Source of the DNA: Lama guanicoe
Lineage: Eukaryota
Length of the DNA stretch: 64,000 bases
Reading direction: 5' to 3'
NCBI GenBank assembly: GCA_013239625.1
Contig: MU054187.1
Coordinates: 1,869,757-1,933,756, forward strand
The translations under genes were made by a program, and so were the position numbers. Under the pieces are notes generated by a model. It was not told where the DNA came from, ran no database searches, and was given only the letters and a program-made list of their open reading frames with translations. This document shows positions 24,928 to 38,331 of the stretch, in pieces (position 1 is the first letter of the stretch; each line of letters opens with the position of its first letter).

Positions 24928-25056
24928 CTCCAAGGAGCCCGCGAATGGCAATTCATTTCCGCACCCCGTGCCTGACAGCCCACCGACATTAAAGTCAAAG
25001 GCATGTCCTGATCGTCACGCGTGTAACCACTTTTTTCTTGCTTTCACATTTGTATG
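24928..25056 (-). pseudogene. LamG C-terminal exon remnant
   Basis: AG acceptor after a pyrimidine tract, GAG|gtaaat donor. FNVGGLSG...ELPFAGSLE. Confidence 0.55.
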
Positions 25057-25680
25057 CTAATCACAAGAGGCAAAAACAGACTTAGATTGGAAATCAAAGA
25101 TGGGTTGTACACAGGTAATAGAGTGCTTGAGCGCTTTATTTAAAGATAGAAGGCTCTCCGACCAGCCTGTATTATTGAACTAAGACTATCTGTCCTTTTT
25201 GACACTTTTTAAATTAAGTTCTTCCTCTAATTTATGTTTTTGTCAGCTTTCTTCCCTTACCTGGTTTTAAACTGGCTTCCCCCCCTCCTCTGAGTAATAA
25301 ACTACTCCAGCGCCAAGAAAAAAAATTTTAATGACCCTAGAAATTCAGATTAACAAAATGGATCATTTGTATACAGCCCCAGAATTATGAATCCTTCTGA
25401 AATATCGGCGAGGAAATTTTCTCTGATGCGAAATTTCATTTACTCCCTCTCTGACATCTCTCTGACTCCCCCGTTTTTCACGTGGAATGGTTGCTGGAAG
25501 GTCGAACGCAGAAAGTTAGAGGGGTTGGGGGGCTATTTGGGACTCAAGCGAAAAAGCCTTTTCTCTTCTTTTGAATTAAGGGAGACAAGCTCCAGCCACG
25601 TGTTAACCCAGCAAATGGGAAATAGTTTGTAGCGGAGGGGCTTGCACCCCGTCCTGCCTGCCTCCTCCCTGGACACGCAC

Positions 25681-25900
25681 CTGCCTGACCGCGCGGGGTT
25701 CGGGGGAGCGTGGGCCAAGCACGAGAGGGGAGCAGCTGCTCCGGGATGAGCGGTGGGGCCGGATGATCTCCTCTGACGTCTCGCTGGGAAAATCGGGGGC
25801 ATCATTTCTCCAGACGACACAGCCCCTGCCTGGAAGACGCGCGCTGGACTTCACAGGTAACCTCTCCCGCTGCCGGGCGCCGTTTTTGTTGTAACAGAGT
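25681..25900 (-). pseudogene. EGF + LamG start exon remnant
   Basis: tacag acceptor and CAG|gtgcgt donor. LCYNKNG / GRGYL* / LPGRGC / MMPPIF across frameshifts. Confidence 0.5.
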
Positions 25901-25949
25901 CTGTACGTATAGCGGGAAAACCAGCACAATGTGAGGGAAAAGTGGACAT

Positions 25950-26120
25950 TTTTTCCTTTTTTTAAATTGAAGTCGGGTCAGTTTACAATGTTGTGCCAGT
26001 TTCCAGTGCACAGCATCACGTTTCGGTCACACACGTACCTACAGATACTCCTTTTCAGACTCTTTTTCATTAGAGGCCGCTACAAGACGTTGAGTGTGGC
26101 TTCCTGTGCTGTGCAGGAGA
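25950..26120 (-). mobile_element. L1 3' end fragment
   Basis: ttttaaattgaagt...cagtttacaatgttgtg. Confidence 0.85.
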
Positions 26121-26519
26121 AACATCGTAAAAGTAGAAATTTTAACTGCTTAGGTCTGATAAAGAATCCCTAATCAAAAATGATTTTTAAAAATGACGAT
26201 GACTTGCTTGTAACGTATCCCCCCCCCACCCCTTCCGCCAACAACCAGAGCTACTCGATGTCTCAACAGAATCTTCCGTGGAAGTCTAGTCCGTTTCCAC
26301 AAACGGCCCGCTCTGCTTTTCCCACACTCTGAGAACTGCTCCTTCTGCTAGGACTGTGCTTGCTCCTTCTCTGAGCCTCCCTGGACGCTACCATCCCTCC
26401 AAGGGGAGCCTTAGGGCCTCTGAGGAACATCAGGTACCACCGCCTCTCCCCACCTAACACCCCAGTCATCGGAGGGGCAAGCAGCCCATTGAGCACAAAC
26501 CATGCAGGTCACAGCAGCC

Positions 26520-26665
26520 AGCCCTCTGCTGGGCTCGAATTCAGACTCTGTGCCTCAGCCTCCCCACCTCTACAATGGGGCAGTAATCATTCCTGCCTCA
26601 CCAAGTTGTCCTGCACATTAGAATAAAGCCTGGCATGCAGAAGGCACTGCTATAGTATGCGTTAA
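26520..26665. mobile_element. MIR fragment
   Basis: ctctgtgcctcagcctccccacctctacaatgggg matches the MIR core. Confidence 0.65.
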
Positions 26666-26711
26666 GCAAACTAGATTCAATTCCTGTGATTCGTTTTGAA
26701 AGAATTAAATC

Positions 26712-26835
26712 GGGGGGAGGGCACAGCTCAGCGGTAGAGCTGGTGCTTAGTATACGTGATGTCCTGGGTTCAATCCCCCGTACCTCCGGTAAAATAAATG
26801 AATAAACCTAATTACCTGACCCCCCCCCAAATTTA
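26712..26835 (+). mobile_element. tRNA-derived SINE with perfect 13-bp TSD
   Basis: A-box/B-box-like head. TSD aaagaattaaatc at 26699-26711 and 26836-26848. Confidence 0.95.
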
Positions 26836-29800
26836 AAAGAATTAAATCAGATTATTTATTGAATATGAGAAATCACAGTGCAGATGCTACAGATGAATAT
26901 CCCTTGTCGTAAAAGACTGCTGCCTAGTGCAGAGTCTAAGACAAGTGTGCAAAAAAGCAATAAATGGAACAGAATGAAGATTAAAATTTTTCTGAGAAGG
27001 AATTCTGAAAGAAAATATCAGTAAGGTATAACTGAAATTCAAAGAAAGATGAAGCCACAATTAGGTGAGGAAAGGCTAAATGCTTAATGCAGAACGGCAT
27101 TTAATATGATTTCTTGGAGAATTACCAAAATTTTAATAATGAGATAATAATGCATGAATCAGGGAGACACACAGAACAGAACTGATACCCCACAACTAGT
27201 CCTCAGTTCCTGTAAGAATTTGTGGACAATAAAGAGCATCACTGTGACTCTATAGAGACCCCGTCACACCGTGAAAATGGTGCCCACGAGCACATACACG
27301 GTGGGCCTGGCTTGGGTGGGGGCCCCCCACTTCTTGGCTCTGTCCCTGTGGATGAGATACAGAAGGGTCCTCAGCTTGTGTTCTTTGTCTCTAAACTGGG
27401 ATGTTAGCAACAGTATCCTCTCACCAGACTGTTGCAAGGACTAAATTAGCTGTGTGTGTAAAGCAGGCATGCTTTGCTCAAAAGGCACACAATAAATGGT
27501 ACGATTACACTTTTGTTTTATTACAATTACTTTAAAAATATTAACGTTAAGTGTTATTTCCCACTTGGAGACATAAAATGAATTTCAGATCAAGCGGAAC
27601 ATTTGACGTGGGACTTAAAACCTGCCTAAAAAGAAGGCTTGTTCTAAGAGGGCTAAGGGGCTAAGAATAAACCCAGTGGGAGGAATCATGAACAACAGCA
27701 ACAAAAACCAGGTCTGATTTCGTAAGATCCAAAAAGCTAAAGGGAGCGCATCAAAACACTGCAAGCGGCAACAGCTACCAGCAAAGTGGGAAGTATCTGT
27801 AACATGCTTGTAACATGCAAACAGGGCACACACTGTAAACGTGCATTCTAAAGCAAGTAAAATGGCGAAGGATAGAAGACAGAAAGTCACACCCCGAGGG
27901 AGCTAACCAGGCACTTCTTCTCGGACACCTGCTCGGTAAGCCCAGGAAAGGTGCGAGCGCCCCACACCAGGAGCAGGAGGTCTCCCCGAGTTAGTGAGAG
28001 CCGTGTGCAGATGTCCACCGCCAAGCCTGGGGCTGCGCTTCCGAAAGTAACTGACAACAGTATAAAAAATATATTTCAGCTCTTTTCCCCAAATGATGAT
28101 TGAGTTTTCTTCCGTAAGCTCATTCTTATGCTCTCTGGACCCCTCTGTCCACTTCTAAATTGACACCCATGGGAGGAAATGTAGGCCCCCACGCGTGGCC
28201 GGCCACTGCGGCGTCATCAGAGCTCCCCCCTGCCCTGCCTTCAGCCGGAGGAGATGCCGCGAGGGATCTGGGGCCTGGAAACGGTACACTTCAGCTCTGC
28301 ATGATTTCACTGGTAAGAACACAGTCACTGGCCCAAAGTGACTGTCAAAAAAGTCTGGGAAGAAAATCTTTGTACCCAAGCAGAGAAAATGGGCTTGGTG
28401 AGCATCTGGCTGGTCTCAGCTACATTACTGTTCATTTAAATGACGGAATGTCAAATACTGATCTTTCTGAAGAATATTCCATGTTATGGAGAAAGCTTCA
28501 TTTTACAGTAGTGATTCAAAAGTGGATCATACAATCAGCATGAACCTTTAAAGGAAAAAGTTCAAATAAACAAGACTAAAAGCAATACATGGAAATATTG
28601 ATGTGATAAATGATTGATACCTTAACATATATTTTTCTACTTTTCTTTCTTTTCCTGTGTGCAAAAAGCATGCATTACATTTATTTAATGAAAAAAAAAG
28701 GAGTGAGAAAATTTCCTTTTAGGATGGAGATTGAGCCTGGCATTCAAATCCTCTGTCCAACTCTGGAAAACAGACATCCATGGAGCCGCAGAATGATACG
28801 AAACTGTGTCTACACATGTGCCGTTTAACCCTATTTTTCATTTTTAGTTGTTGCATTTTTCTTCTTTTTCAAATCTTTACTGTCACTTTTTAAATACAGA
28901 GAAGCACCCTCCTCATTTTTTCAAGCCTCTCTTTTCTGTATGAAAACATATTCAACCGACTCAGTCTATGATCTCAATCTGATCATTACACTCTCTGATC
29001 ATGCTCAGGCTGAACTTGGTTATTTCTGCTATTTCTTTTGGAGATTTTAAAACGAGAGTCCATGAGTCTTGTAGAAATTTTCAGGTCTACCAGAAGTAGC
29101 ATCACTTCTGAGCTTTTCAGCCAATCACCTGCAGGCATTATCAGACTGAGACCTCTTTATATTAAATCGTCAACTTCAGCTTTTCAACCTCATAGTCTGA
29201 ATTTGGGCAACAAGTGGAGGGGAAAGCCAGTCGGAGTTACAAATGCTCATGGGAGTTCATTTTTCTCCCACAGAGTCCGGCCCAAGTCATGCACTTTTAA
29301 TTCCGTGTCCGCCCTCTCCTGAGGGTGGAGCCCCAGGCCCTGCTCTCTGCTCTGGCAACCATGGGAGGGATGCCCTCCCTCTCATGTCCCTTCAGGAGCC
29401 ACGACGGAAGCCCTGAGCCCAAAGGGTCGACAGATAACCCTCTTAGGGCCAGAGCAGCTTTGACATCCCTTGCTCAGCCCTTTGAGGTCCCTGATTTTAA
29501 ATTGTTTTCAGCCTTCTGTTGACTCCTTCTGTTTAGCTAGCTCGGTGATATATTTCAAAACACAATTAATCCAGCTTTTTTGGTTGTTCTTAAAATGGTT
29601 CCGTTGGGAGGGTATGAACGTTAGTTTGCCCACTCGGCTGCCAAACACAGCAGTGCTTTTCCCTATTTGTAATCTCTTACTTATTGAGCACGATAGTGGG
29701 GATACGGTTGCTCGTTACGTTACACAGACCGCTGTACACGTAAACATTCATGAAAAAGAGCAAAAGGAGAACTAAACATGAAACACAAGAAGATAGAAAA

Positions 29801-29952
29801 AGTAAATATTAAAAAAGTAGATGGAGGGGATGACTACATTCATAAAATGTTAATTAATTTAGAGAACAAAGAATTAGGTACAGACACAAGAAGCAAAGTT
29901 AAGTGTTTCTTTTGTTTGTTTGGGGGTTTTTTCCCCAAATCTATAAAATAGA

Positions 29953-30279
29953 CAAGGGGTTGGAAAACTGGCCTGCAGGTCCCACAATCCCGCCTGCCAC
30001 CTGTTGTCATATGACACGAGTTCAAATGGTTTTTAGATTTTTTAAAATAGTTCTAGGAAAATGGAAAATAATATTTTGTGACACATGGAAATTAAATGAA
30101 ATTCAAATTCCAGTGTCCATCATAAAGTCCTACTGGAACCCAGTCACACTCATTTACTGTATCTCTGGCTACTTTCAGGCGACAAGACCAGAGCTGAACA
30201 GTTGTGATCGAAGCCCTGTGGCTTCACCAAGTCTACATATTTATTCCCTGCCCTTCACAGAGAAATGGGCTGAACCCTG
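29953..30279. mobile_element. MER58-like hAT DNA transposon
   Basis: Termini caaggggttggaaaact ... gggctgaaccctg and internal ataaagtcctactggaac motif. Confidence 0.75.
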
Positions 30280-30387
30280 AAATAAACAAACCTCTGGCAG
30301 AACACCAGAGAGAGAAATGGAGGAAACAGAGAGAGATAAAGCAGAGAAACAGCAAATACACATTGAAAAGGAGCATAAACACAAACA

Positions 30388-31292
30388 CAGAAGAGATTCT
30401 ACAGATGGGAATAAGCACATGAAAAGACGCTCAGCATTGCTAATCATCAGAGAAATGCAAATCAAAACTACATGAGGTAACCCCTTGCACCGTCAGAATG
30501 GCCATCATTAACAAGTCCACAAACGATAAATGCTTGAGAAGGAGTGGAGAAAAGGGAGCCCTCCCACACTGTTGGCGGGAATGTAGTTTAGTGCAGCCGT
30601 TATGGAAAACAGTATGAAGATTCCTTAAAACACTAAAAATACATTTGCCCTATGATCCAGCAATCCCACTTCTGGGCATATATCCAGAGGAAGCTCTAAT
30701 TTGAAAAGATGCATGTGCCCCAATGTTCATAGCAGCACTACTTACAATAGCCAAGACATGGAAACAGCCCAAATGTCCATCATCAGATGACTGGATAAAG
30801 AAGTTGTGGTATATTTATAAGGTGGAATACTATTCAGCCATAAAAATAAGATCATGCCATTTGCAGCAACACGGATGGACCTAGAGATCATCATCCTAAG
30901 TGAAGTAAGCCAGAAAGAGAAAGAAAAATATCATATAATTTCACTTATATGTGGAATCTAAAAAGAAGACAAATGAACTCATTTATAAAACAAACAGGCT
31001 CACAGACATAGAAAAGAAACTCATGGTCACCAGGGGGGAAGGGCATGGTAAGGGATAAATTGGGAGTCCAAGATTTGCAGATACAACTACTACACATAAA
31101 ATAGATACACAACAAGTTTATACTGTAGAGCACAGGGAACTATATTCAATATTTTATGTGTAACCTATAATGAAAATGAAAAAGAACATGAAAAGGGATA
31201 TATGTATGTATACGTATGGCTGTACTGTGCTGTGCACCAGAAATTGACACTACATTATAAACTGACTACGTTTCAATCAAAAAAAAAAAAAA
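30388..31292 (+). mobile_element. L1 3' fragment, about 0.9 kb
   Basis: ORF2 C-terminal motifs (gaaatgcaaatcaaaactac, tatgatccagcaatcccact), 3' UTR and long A tail. Confidence 0.95.
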
Positions 31293-31549
31293 AGAATGAT
31301 CTTGGTGTCTTGTGTTTTTAAGTGAATACACATAGAATACACATATTCTACACCTGAAATGTCTCAACAGGGTGCACATTTTAGATCATGTCGGCAAACT
31401 TCAAGTTGCTAATTAGAATCTCATCATGCAGCTATACCAACATTTAGTTTTTAGTCCTTCCCTTGAAGATGGGCATTTAGGTGGTCTGGACATCATTAAA
31501 TATGCCTCCCTTTCTTAATGCACAATTTTTACAAACTACACAAATCTTC

Positions 31550-31965
31550 CTTTATTTTTCTCTCCCAGTTTTACTAAGATGTAATTAACATCCAGCACTG
31601 TGTAGGTTCAGGGGGTACAGCACAACGGTTTGACTTGTATACGGTGATGAAACGATCACAGTAAGTTTAGTGAATATGCATCATCTCATATAGACAGAAA
31701 GTTAAAGAAAAGGAAAAATAATTTCCTCGTGATGAGAATGCTTAGGATTTACTCTTACCCCCTTTCAGATGAGATGCGCAGCAGGGTTAATTCTATTTAT
31801 CCTGTTGGACATGACACCCCTAGTACCTGTGTATCTTAGCACTGGAAGTTTGTTGCCTCTTGACTGCTTTCATCCAATTTCCCTCCCAACCGCTGCCTCT
31901 GGTAACCACAAACCTGATCTCTTTTTCTATGAGCTTGTTTGTTTGTGTTCTGAAATATAATTGCA
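31550..31965 (-). mobile_element. Older L1 3' UTR fragment
   Basis: ctctggtaaccacaaacctgatctctttttctatgag. Confidence 0.75.
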
Positions 31966-32761
31966 CGTAGAAATACTTCCTAAGGGTAAATACCAGGCAG
32001 CAGAGCCTGCAGGCGCGGGGATGTGCCTGTTCTAAATTTCAGCAGGGACTGCCAAACGCCGCCCAGGTGCCCGTGCCGGCGCAGGCGCCCCCAGCAGCAC
32101 CGCTCCGCGCCCAGACCCTCACCTACCCTTGACGTTAGCGAACTTTACGGTTTTTGCAAAACTTGTTATAATTTGAGTAGAATGAGAGTTTTATAACACT
32201 GAGCCTTCCCATGAACATGATATAGCTCTACATTCATCTGAGTTTTATTTTATGGATTTCATTAATTTTTTATCATTTTCCCCATAGCAACGATGGTTGT
32301 TTGGGGTAGGTATTTTTGTAGACACTTTGTACTTGCTGTTACTATTCTGAACATAGTCTTTCTTCCCCTGTTACATTTCCTAAGTCGCTGTCACCCGTGT
32401 ATAGAAAAGTTAATCGTTTTTCCCTTGCTAAGTGATTTCTTTTCAGAATCTGTCACTTGGTTCTACGTCTCTCCTTAGCCAGTGGCCATCTCGGGTGCAA
32501 GACAGTCTGGGTCCTGTTCAGGATGTCCTTCTCATTTTTGGCTTTGGTGAGACGTCCAGGATCCCTGCTGAGGTAATGGCGAGGATGAGGATCCTTGACT
32601 TGGGAATTTGGGGGAATACTCTTCATCAAATTAAGAAAGACTTCTCTTCCCAGTTCACAAAGAATGCTTATCATGAGTGAGTGTTAAATTTTTGTAATTA
32701 CTCTCTTAATTTAGTGAGTTTTGTTAATATTTTAGAAAATCACCTTTTGATTTTATTGCTC

Positions 32762-33110
32762 ATGGGTTGAATGGTGGTCCACAAAAGACAGGTTCACATC
32801 CCAGCCCCAGAAAGCCTGAGAGTGACCTTATTTGGGAACAGGGTCTTTGCAGATGAATTCAGCACACAGGTCTTCACACAAGAGATCGTCTCAGATTATC
32901 TGGTGGGCCCTAAGTCCCACGACAGGTGTCCTCACAGGAGGCAGAAGAGAGAAGACAGGGACGCAGAGGAGAAGGTCCTGGAAGGGGAAGGAGAAGGTCG
33001 GAGCAATGCTGCAAGTCCAGGGACGCTTGGAGCCACCGGGAAAGAAGGGTCCTTGTGAGCCCCAGGAGGGAACGCGGCTGGGCCGGCACCTTGGGTTCTG
33101 TTAGCTGATA
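32762..33110. mobile_element. MaLR (MLT1-type) LTR fragment
   Basis: tgggttgaatggtggtcc...gtgaccttatttgggaacagggtctttgcagatg. Confidence 0.85.
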
Positions 33111-33769
33111 ACCTAGTACCTCTGGGGACTGGGAGGGAAAGCGTGTGACTACGTTGAGGCTAAAAGTAAAATGTCAATTTCCAAAGGCTAAAAACAGTTT
33201 ATCTCCTTCAGCTTATTGTTATGAAATATCTTCCTTCATCATTTTAAAAATTTTTTTACCATAAATTCTGTTTTGCTCTATAGCAGTTTCTCTAGTAACT
33301 TGTACTGTGTGCTGGGCTTCTCCAAAGCTTAGTCCTGTATTACAACAGGTGTCTGAAGCAGTTTACAGTTTGTGGGCCAGCAGCTGGAGAAAGGCTTGGC
33401 TGAGTGGTTCTCAGCCAGGTCCTTATGCAGCTCCAGTCAGATGGCGGCTGGACGCGTGTGGCTGGCAGGCAGGCAGGGCTCTTCCCCGGAGCCCTGCACG
33501 TGCCTCCTCCAGCATGTGTCCCACGGCACAGGGAACTGGCTTCCCCATACAGTGAGCATCTCAAGAGGGCCAGGTGGGACCGCGTGGCCTCCTCTGACTG
33601 AGCCTTGAAAGCCACAGGGCATCCCTTCAGCCACACTTGATGGCTTGAAGCAGACACAAGCGCCCCCAAATGAAGGAGGAAGGGACACCGAGCCCACACC
33701 TCTCAGTGAAAGGAAGGGCAGGAAAATGGGGGGCCAACTTTTATCACATCACATTCATACTCTACATAT

Positions 33770-34450
33770 TTTGCTTCAAGTATATTAAGTGAAAAGAACT
33801 CATGCAAATTAATAAACACACAAACCCCAATTTTGAAACGGGCAAGCCAAGGAGAGTAACAGTCAATCCACACAGGAAACACACAAAGACCTGAAAAATA
33901 AGATGCCTGATTTCACTAATGATCAGGGACGTGCGGACCCCACAGGGAGGGACTGTCAGGTTGGCAAACACGGAAAAGCGCCACAGCACCAAACACCGGC
34001 GATGACGCGGAACCGAGACGCTCAGACCCGACTCTGAATGCGGCCTGGCAACGCCTGCAGAGTTAGAGGGACGGCTACCCGGCAGCCCGCCATCCAGCTG
34101 CTGGAGACATCGCCGCGGGAAACCGGGGGGCGCGAGGCGCCCGTGAGGACGCCCAGGCCAGCCGAGTGGCAGTCAGTCAGCTCTCATCCACAGGGACACA
34201 CCGCGGAAAACAGCACAGCAGCAAGACACGGGGCTGGCTTTCCTTGTGACATCGTACTTCATCGTATGTTTAAGTTTAGTAAACATAATATGGACTGAAA
34301 ATTTTTCAAGTTGCAGAAGGATTCCTTTAGCATGACACAATGACACAAATTTCTATAGTCACACAAAAACAGTGCCACTTCTGCTCATGTCTGTGTGCAC
34401 ACGTGTACCCATGGGGGGAAAACAGACGATCCCGAACAGGGAAGAGACAC
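33770..34450 (+). mobile_element. Very old L1 3' remnant
   Basis: aaaataagatgcctgatttcactaatgatcagggac and related degraded motifs. Confidence 0.55.
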
Positions 34451-34774
34451 TCCCACTTCAGCGGAGGGTCGCATGGAGAAGGAGAAGACATGGGGCTGGG
34501 GTCAAGGAGGGGCCCAGCAAAGGTTGGAACCGTGTAGACCATTTAATTTCTCCAGGACACAGCGATCTGAAGATACTTCGCAAATTGCTAATACTTTTTA
34601 TATCTGCGTCGTTCGCATGCAATGTTAGCTCTAGGTTTATCAACACTTTTCTGCCTATGAAATATTTTCATAATGAAAACAAGAAAGATATTTTATAAAA
34701 TGCACTCCTGTTTAAGTAATCTCGACGGCCGACAGGTTTCTGAAACACTGTTTGTGGTGCTGCTTTGGGCTGAC

Positions 34775-34935
34775 CTGGGTGAGAGTGGGCTGTGAACAGT
34801 TGTGAAAGGGGAACCGTCTCTTTGTCCCCTGGGGGGGCCATGAGCTTATTTTTGCGTGTGTTTCCACAACGCAAGGATGATGTCAAGACAAGCCACTGAC
34901 TGGGTCACAAGTTTCACCATTCCTCTCGGAAACAG
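34775..34935 (-). pseudogene. EGF exon remnant
   Basis: RNGETCDPVSGLS*HHPC. CAG|gtcagc donor, acceptor degraded. Confidence 0.5.
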
Positions 34936-35048
34936 TAGCAAAAAATCAATTAGAAAATAAAAATAAAGTGTTAAATGACTAAGTCAGCAAAATTTAAATT
35001 TTAAGTTTTTAAAATTCCTCATGGGAATTAGTGGCAGTGGGTTCTCAC

Positions 35049-35261
35049 ATGACGCCGCGATCACCATTTGATGGAACAGAGAGGGTCTTTGTTTCCAGAT
35101 CTTCGCCCACCACACACAACTTCTCCATCAGCCCCTAAACACTTGGGTGAAAGTTATTAAACTAGACACACTGCTTGGTCCCCAGCATCCTGCTCCCCAC
35201 TCCCCCGGATGGTTACCGTGGGAGCAACCGTTCTGTACAATGGGACGCTGCTTCCTTGGCT
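35049..35261 (-). pseudogene. LamG C-terminal exon remnant
   Basis: tctgcag acceptor and CAT|gtgaga donor. VFRG(C, 1-nt loss)MEKLCVVGEDL...PSNGDRGV. Confidence 0.55.
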
Positions 35262-35559
35262 CTGCAGACGCGATCAGAGGCAGGCAATGAACAACGTGGG
35301 GCCAACTAGGATTCTTCTCCGAAACGTCTGGGAAAGGCTGTTCTGTAATAAGAGAGATGCCTGGAGCCATACGGGGGTGGGGGGAGGGGGACGACGTCTT
35401 GGCAGCACGTGAGTGAGGGAGGTCCTGTCTGCGGTGCTTCCTGCAGTCTCGCCCTTTCTGTGGCTCTGCCGTCTGTGAGACACTCCACGGCTGCTCCTGG
35501 GCTCCGCTCCCCTTCTTACTTACTCGAGTTTGTTCAGATGCTTTTTTCCCCTCTTCTCT

Positions 35560-35703
35560 TCTTTTATGAGGGGGAGGTAATCAGGTTTATTTATTTACTT
35601 ACATTTGGAGGAGGTCCTGGAGAACGAACCCAAGACCTCAGGCATGCTCAGCATGTGCTCTACCACGGGGGCCACACCCCCTCACTGAGCTATGCCCGCC
35701 CCC
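35560..35703 (-). mobile_element. tRNA-derived SINE
   Basis: gggggaggtaatcaggtttatttattt...gaacccaagacctcaggcatgctcagcatg...cactgagcta. Confidence 0.85.
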
Positions 35704-35828
35704 AGCTTTGTGACTTGTCACGAACAGTCTTAGTGGACATTCTTACTGGGTTTCCTGTATTGCATGGACGATAAACAAAAATAAAATGGTAAAAATTGTG
35801 ACATGGCTATCTGATCAATTTTCTTTAC

Positions 35829-35981
35829 AATAAAGCAACTTTAATGGAATAACTGCTTCAATTATACAGTAAAGGATAAGTTGCCATAAGGATATGTGAT
35901 CCGGTCCCTGTAAGTTACGCAGTCTGAATGCTTCAGTGCAACATGGTGTCCGTGCATTATTGCAGTTATGATTACACCACA
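35829..35981 (-). pseudogene. EGF-like exon remnant
   Basis: cttcttag acceptor and ATT|gtaaag donor. VWCNHNCNNARTPC. Confidence 0.4.
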
Positions 35982-36996
35982 CTAAGAAGTTGACATCAAT
36001 GTAATTTTCAAAAAGGAGACAGTAAAAAGAGGACAGAGAATAATGCCCTTGCATTTTAAGCTTTGGGAAACTTTTCTGGTCTTCATTACCTTTATCTTAA
36101 AATTCAGAGGCAAACTTCTGTGGTTCTGTAACTTCTCTATCCCCAGATTCCCTCACCCAGACTTGTCCCAGACAGGATTCTCCACTCCTGTGCCCTTTTC
36201 TGCTCTTACCCATCCTCATTTAGGAATGACTGAGCGTCTCAAAAGAAAAAGTCAACTCAATTTCCCAAATAAATGAAATATGCACATCTCACAGAGCACT
36301 ATCCACTGGTCCAGTCCACCGAGGATTTGCTCTTAAGCATGCCAGGAATGTTTCCTATGCAGTTTCCAATTGTTTGTTGGAATTCTCGACAAACCTTAAA
36401 TTTCTCTCAAATGTACCTTTTCCATATATCAGGATAGTAGCACTAAATTCTAAGACCTATAAAGAATGTCCAGTCATTTTATGGTGAAACCTCAGGTTAA
36501 ATCCCTTAAATTCGCATCTGTAGTTACGTGGGGTCATATGTATAAAGACACAAAGGCCAGATGAAATTTCAGAAACCCCTAGACCTTCGAAAATACGCCA
36601 GACCTATTTCCAACTGTTTACGTTTCTAACAGTGCAGCATAAATTCCAAAAAGGAGACAAAATGTGATTGGCAAGTCGCGATCTTACCACCATTCCCACG
36701 TGCACAGTGGTGGAGACCGGATTCCATGTATAGCAGCAGGGGAGAGGACCGAGGGAGCTTATAAGAACGGGAAATGGGAGAATTTACTACAGACAGGGGC
36801 ACAGAATGCTAAAAGCAACGCTTTTCTGGCACTTCTAGGTGCCACCATGGAGAAACATTCATCGGTGTGACCTTTGGTTTAGTGTATGAGGGTTTACGTG
36901 ATTGGGCAGAGCCACGGGGTTCATGCTGGCAGTGATGAAAGACGCACAGTTATGAAGTTCACTCTGCATTAAAACGCCCATTAGCGAGCTATACAC

Positions 36997-37141
36997 TTAG
37001 TCAGGTGAGGCTGTAGACGTGCTACAAATTCAATAACATAAGGAAAATCAACGGCACTTCCTTTGTCCCAATAACAACGCATAAAGATGTATATTTTCAA
37101 GCTCGAAAGTGATAACCATGGAAAATTTATGGGAGGGATAT
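36997..37141 (-). pseudogene. LamG exon remnant
   Basis: ctctcag acceptor. FSMVITFELENIHLYALLLGQ/GSAVDF, compare EYS LamG3 FQLANNHS..NLIFFTGQKG...DDF. Confidence 0.55.
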
Positions 37142-37949
37142 CTGAGAGGCAGCTTAAGGGCCCAGAAGCCATAGGGAGCTGCACAGTTTCATAAATACTG
37201 GAAAAGAATTATTGCAAATCCCCCACCAAGCCCATTATATGTGTCAGAACTCGGGAAATTTGAGGAAAGTGATTTAACGCCTGAGACAGTGGCTGCCAAG
37301 AATGAATATGTCACAGTTTCTCAAAGGAATGAGGCAACCATCACAGGGCTGGTGACAGTCCATCCACAGCCCACGAGGAGTCCGCTGCCCCAGGCCAAGC
37401 CCACGTCGCACTCCCTGGGAAGCCAGGGAGGCAGGACCGAGGGAACCTCCATCCACGCCCAGGATGCTTGGCAGTCTCTGCCTGGACCTGGTGGTACAAC
37501 TGCTTGGTCCACGGTTGCCCACATCCTCCCGCAGCCACATCACTCACACACAACCAAGGACATAAAGGCAAAGAGAGCAACTCTTCTGCGCCATCTGCAA
37601 ATATCACAGCGACCATCCACTGGTCACGCCCACCCAGCACGTGCTCTTAGGCATCCCCGGAAAGTTTCCTAACGCGGTCACCTCTGGGCATCTGTATTCT
37701 CCCACACCACGCGTGCCCCCTTGGGTGGAGGTGGAGCTCGATGCAGTGAGGCACTATCTGTCAGGTTTTCCTGCTTCTTGGGTCGATTCACCTGGCGAGA
37801 CTGATCAGCCCTGCCCTTTCCTGAACTGCGTCCAGCCAGCCCGTGTCCAGTGGAACTGTGTCCACGCCCCACGAGAGATGGTGCGTGCAGAGCCCTGGGT
37901 CTTGTTCTGCCTGCCTAAGGAGAAGAAAACATGCCACAGTGATTTTCAA

Positions 37950-38331
37950 GTGGTCTAGAGCGGGGACTCGAATTTCCAAAGCCTCTCGTTGCTCTGATCC
38001 CTGCAGCGTGCTCAGCCCGCGATGGCTCCAGTTTCGTGTTTCCAAGGCAGCACGCTCCCTCCATATTGTTTTAGACACGGTGCCATTCTAATCACTCGCC
38101 ATTGACCGGTAATTGTTGCAGAAGCAGGCCTCCCTCTGCCAGTGCCACCCAGTTGCTGGACGACACCCAGCTGAGTGCAGTAAGTTCCAGAATCCAATCA
38201 AAGCCCGGCCCCATCCGTATCCAGGTTCCTCACTGTGAACTTGGGCCAGCACTGGCTTCAGTGTGACACCTCCCTCTATGGAGCAGGGACAAAGCCCCAT
38301 TTCAGCTGCGATTCAGGCCCCTGAAACGTCC
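37950..38331 (-). pseudogene. EGF end + LamG exon remnant
   Basis: ttttccgctag acceptor. LCPC, PKFT, and WVALAEGGLLLQQLPVNGE*LEWHRV (LamG 'ALAL..G.L...VN...WHRV'). 3' end uncertain. Confidence 0.6.

Noticed and set aside
28900..29200. Additional minus-strand exon
   Set aside because: Looks more like a degraded L1 ORF1-region fragment and shows no EGF or LamG motif.
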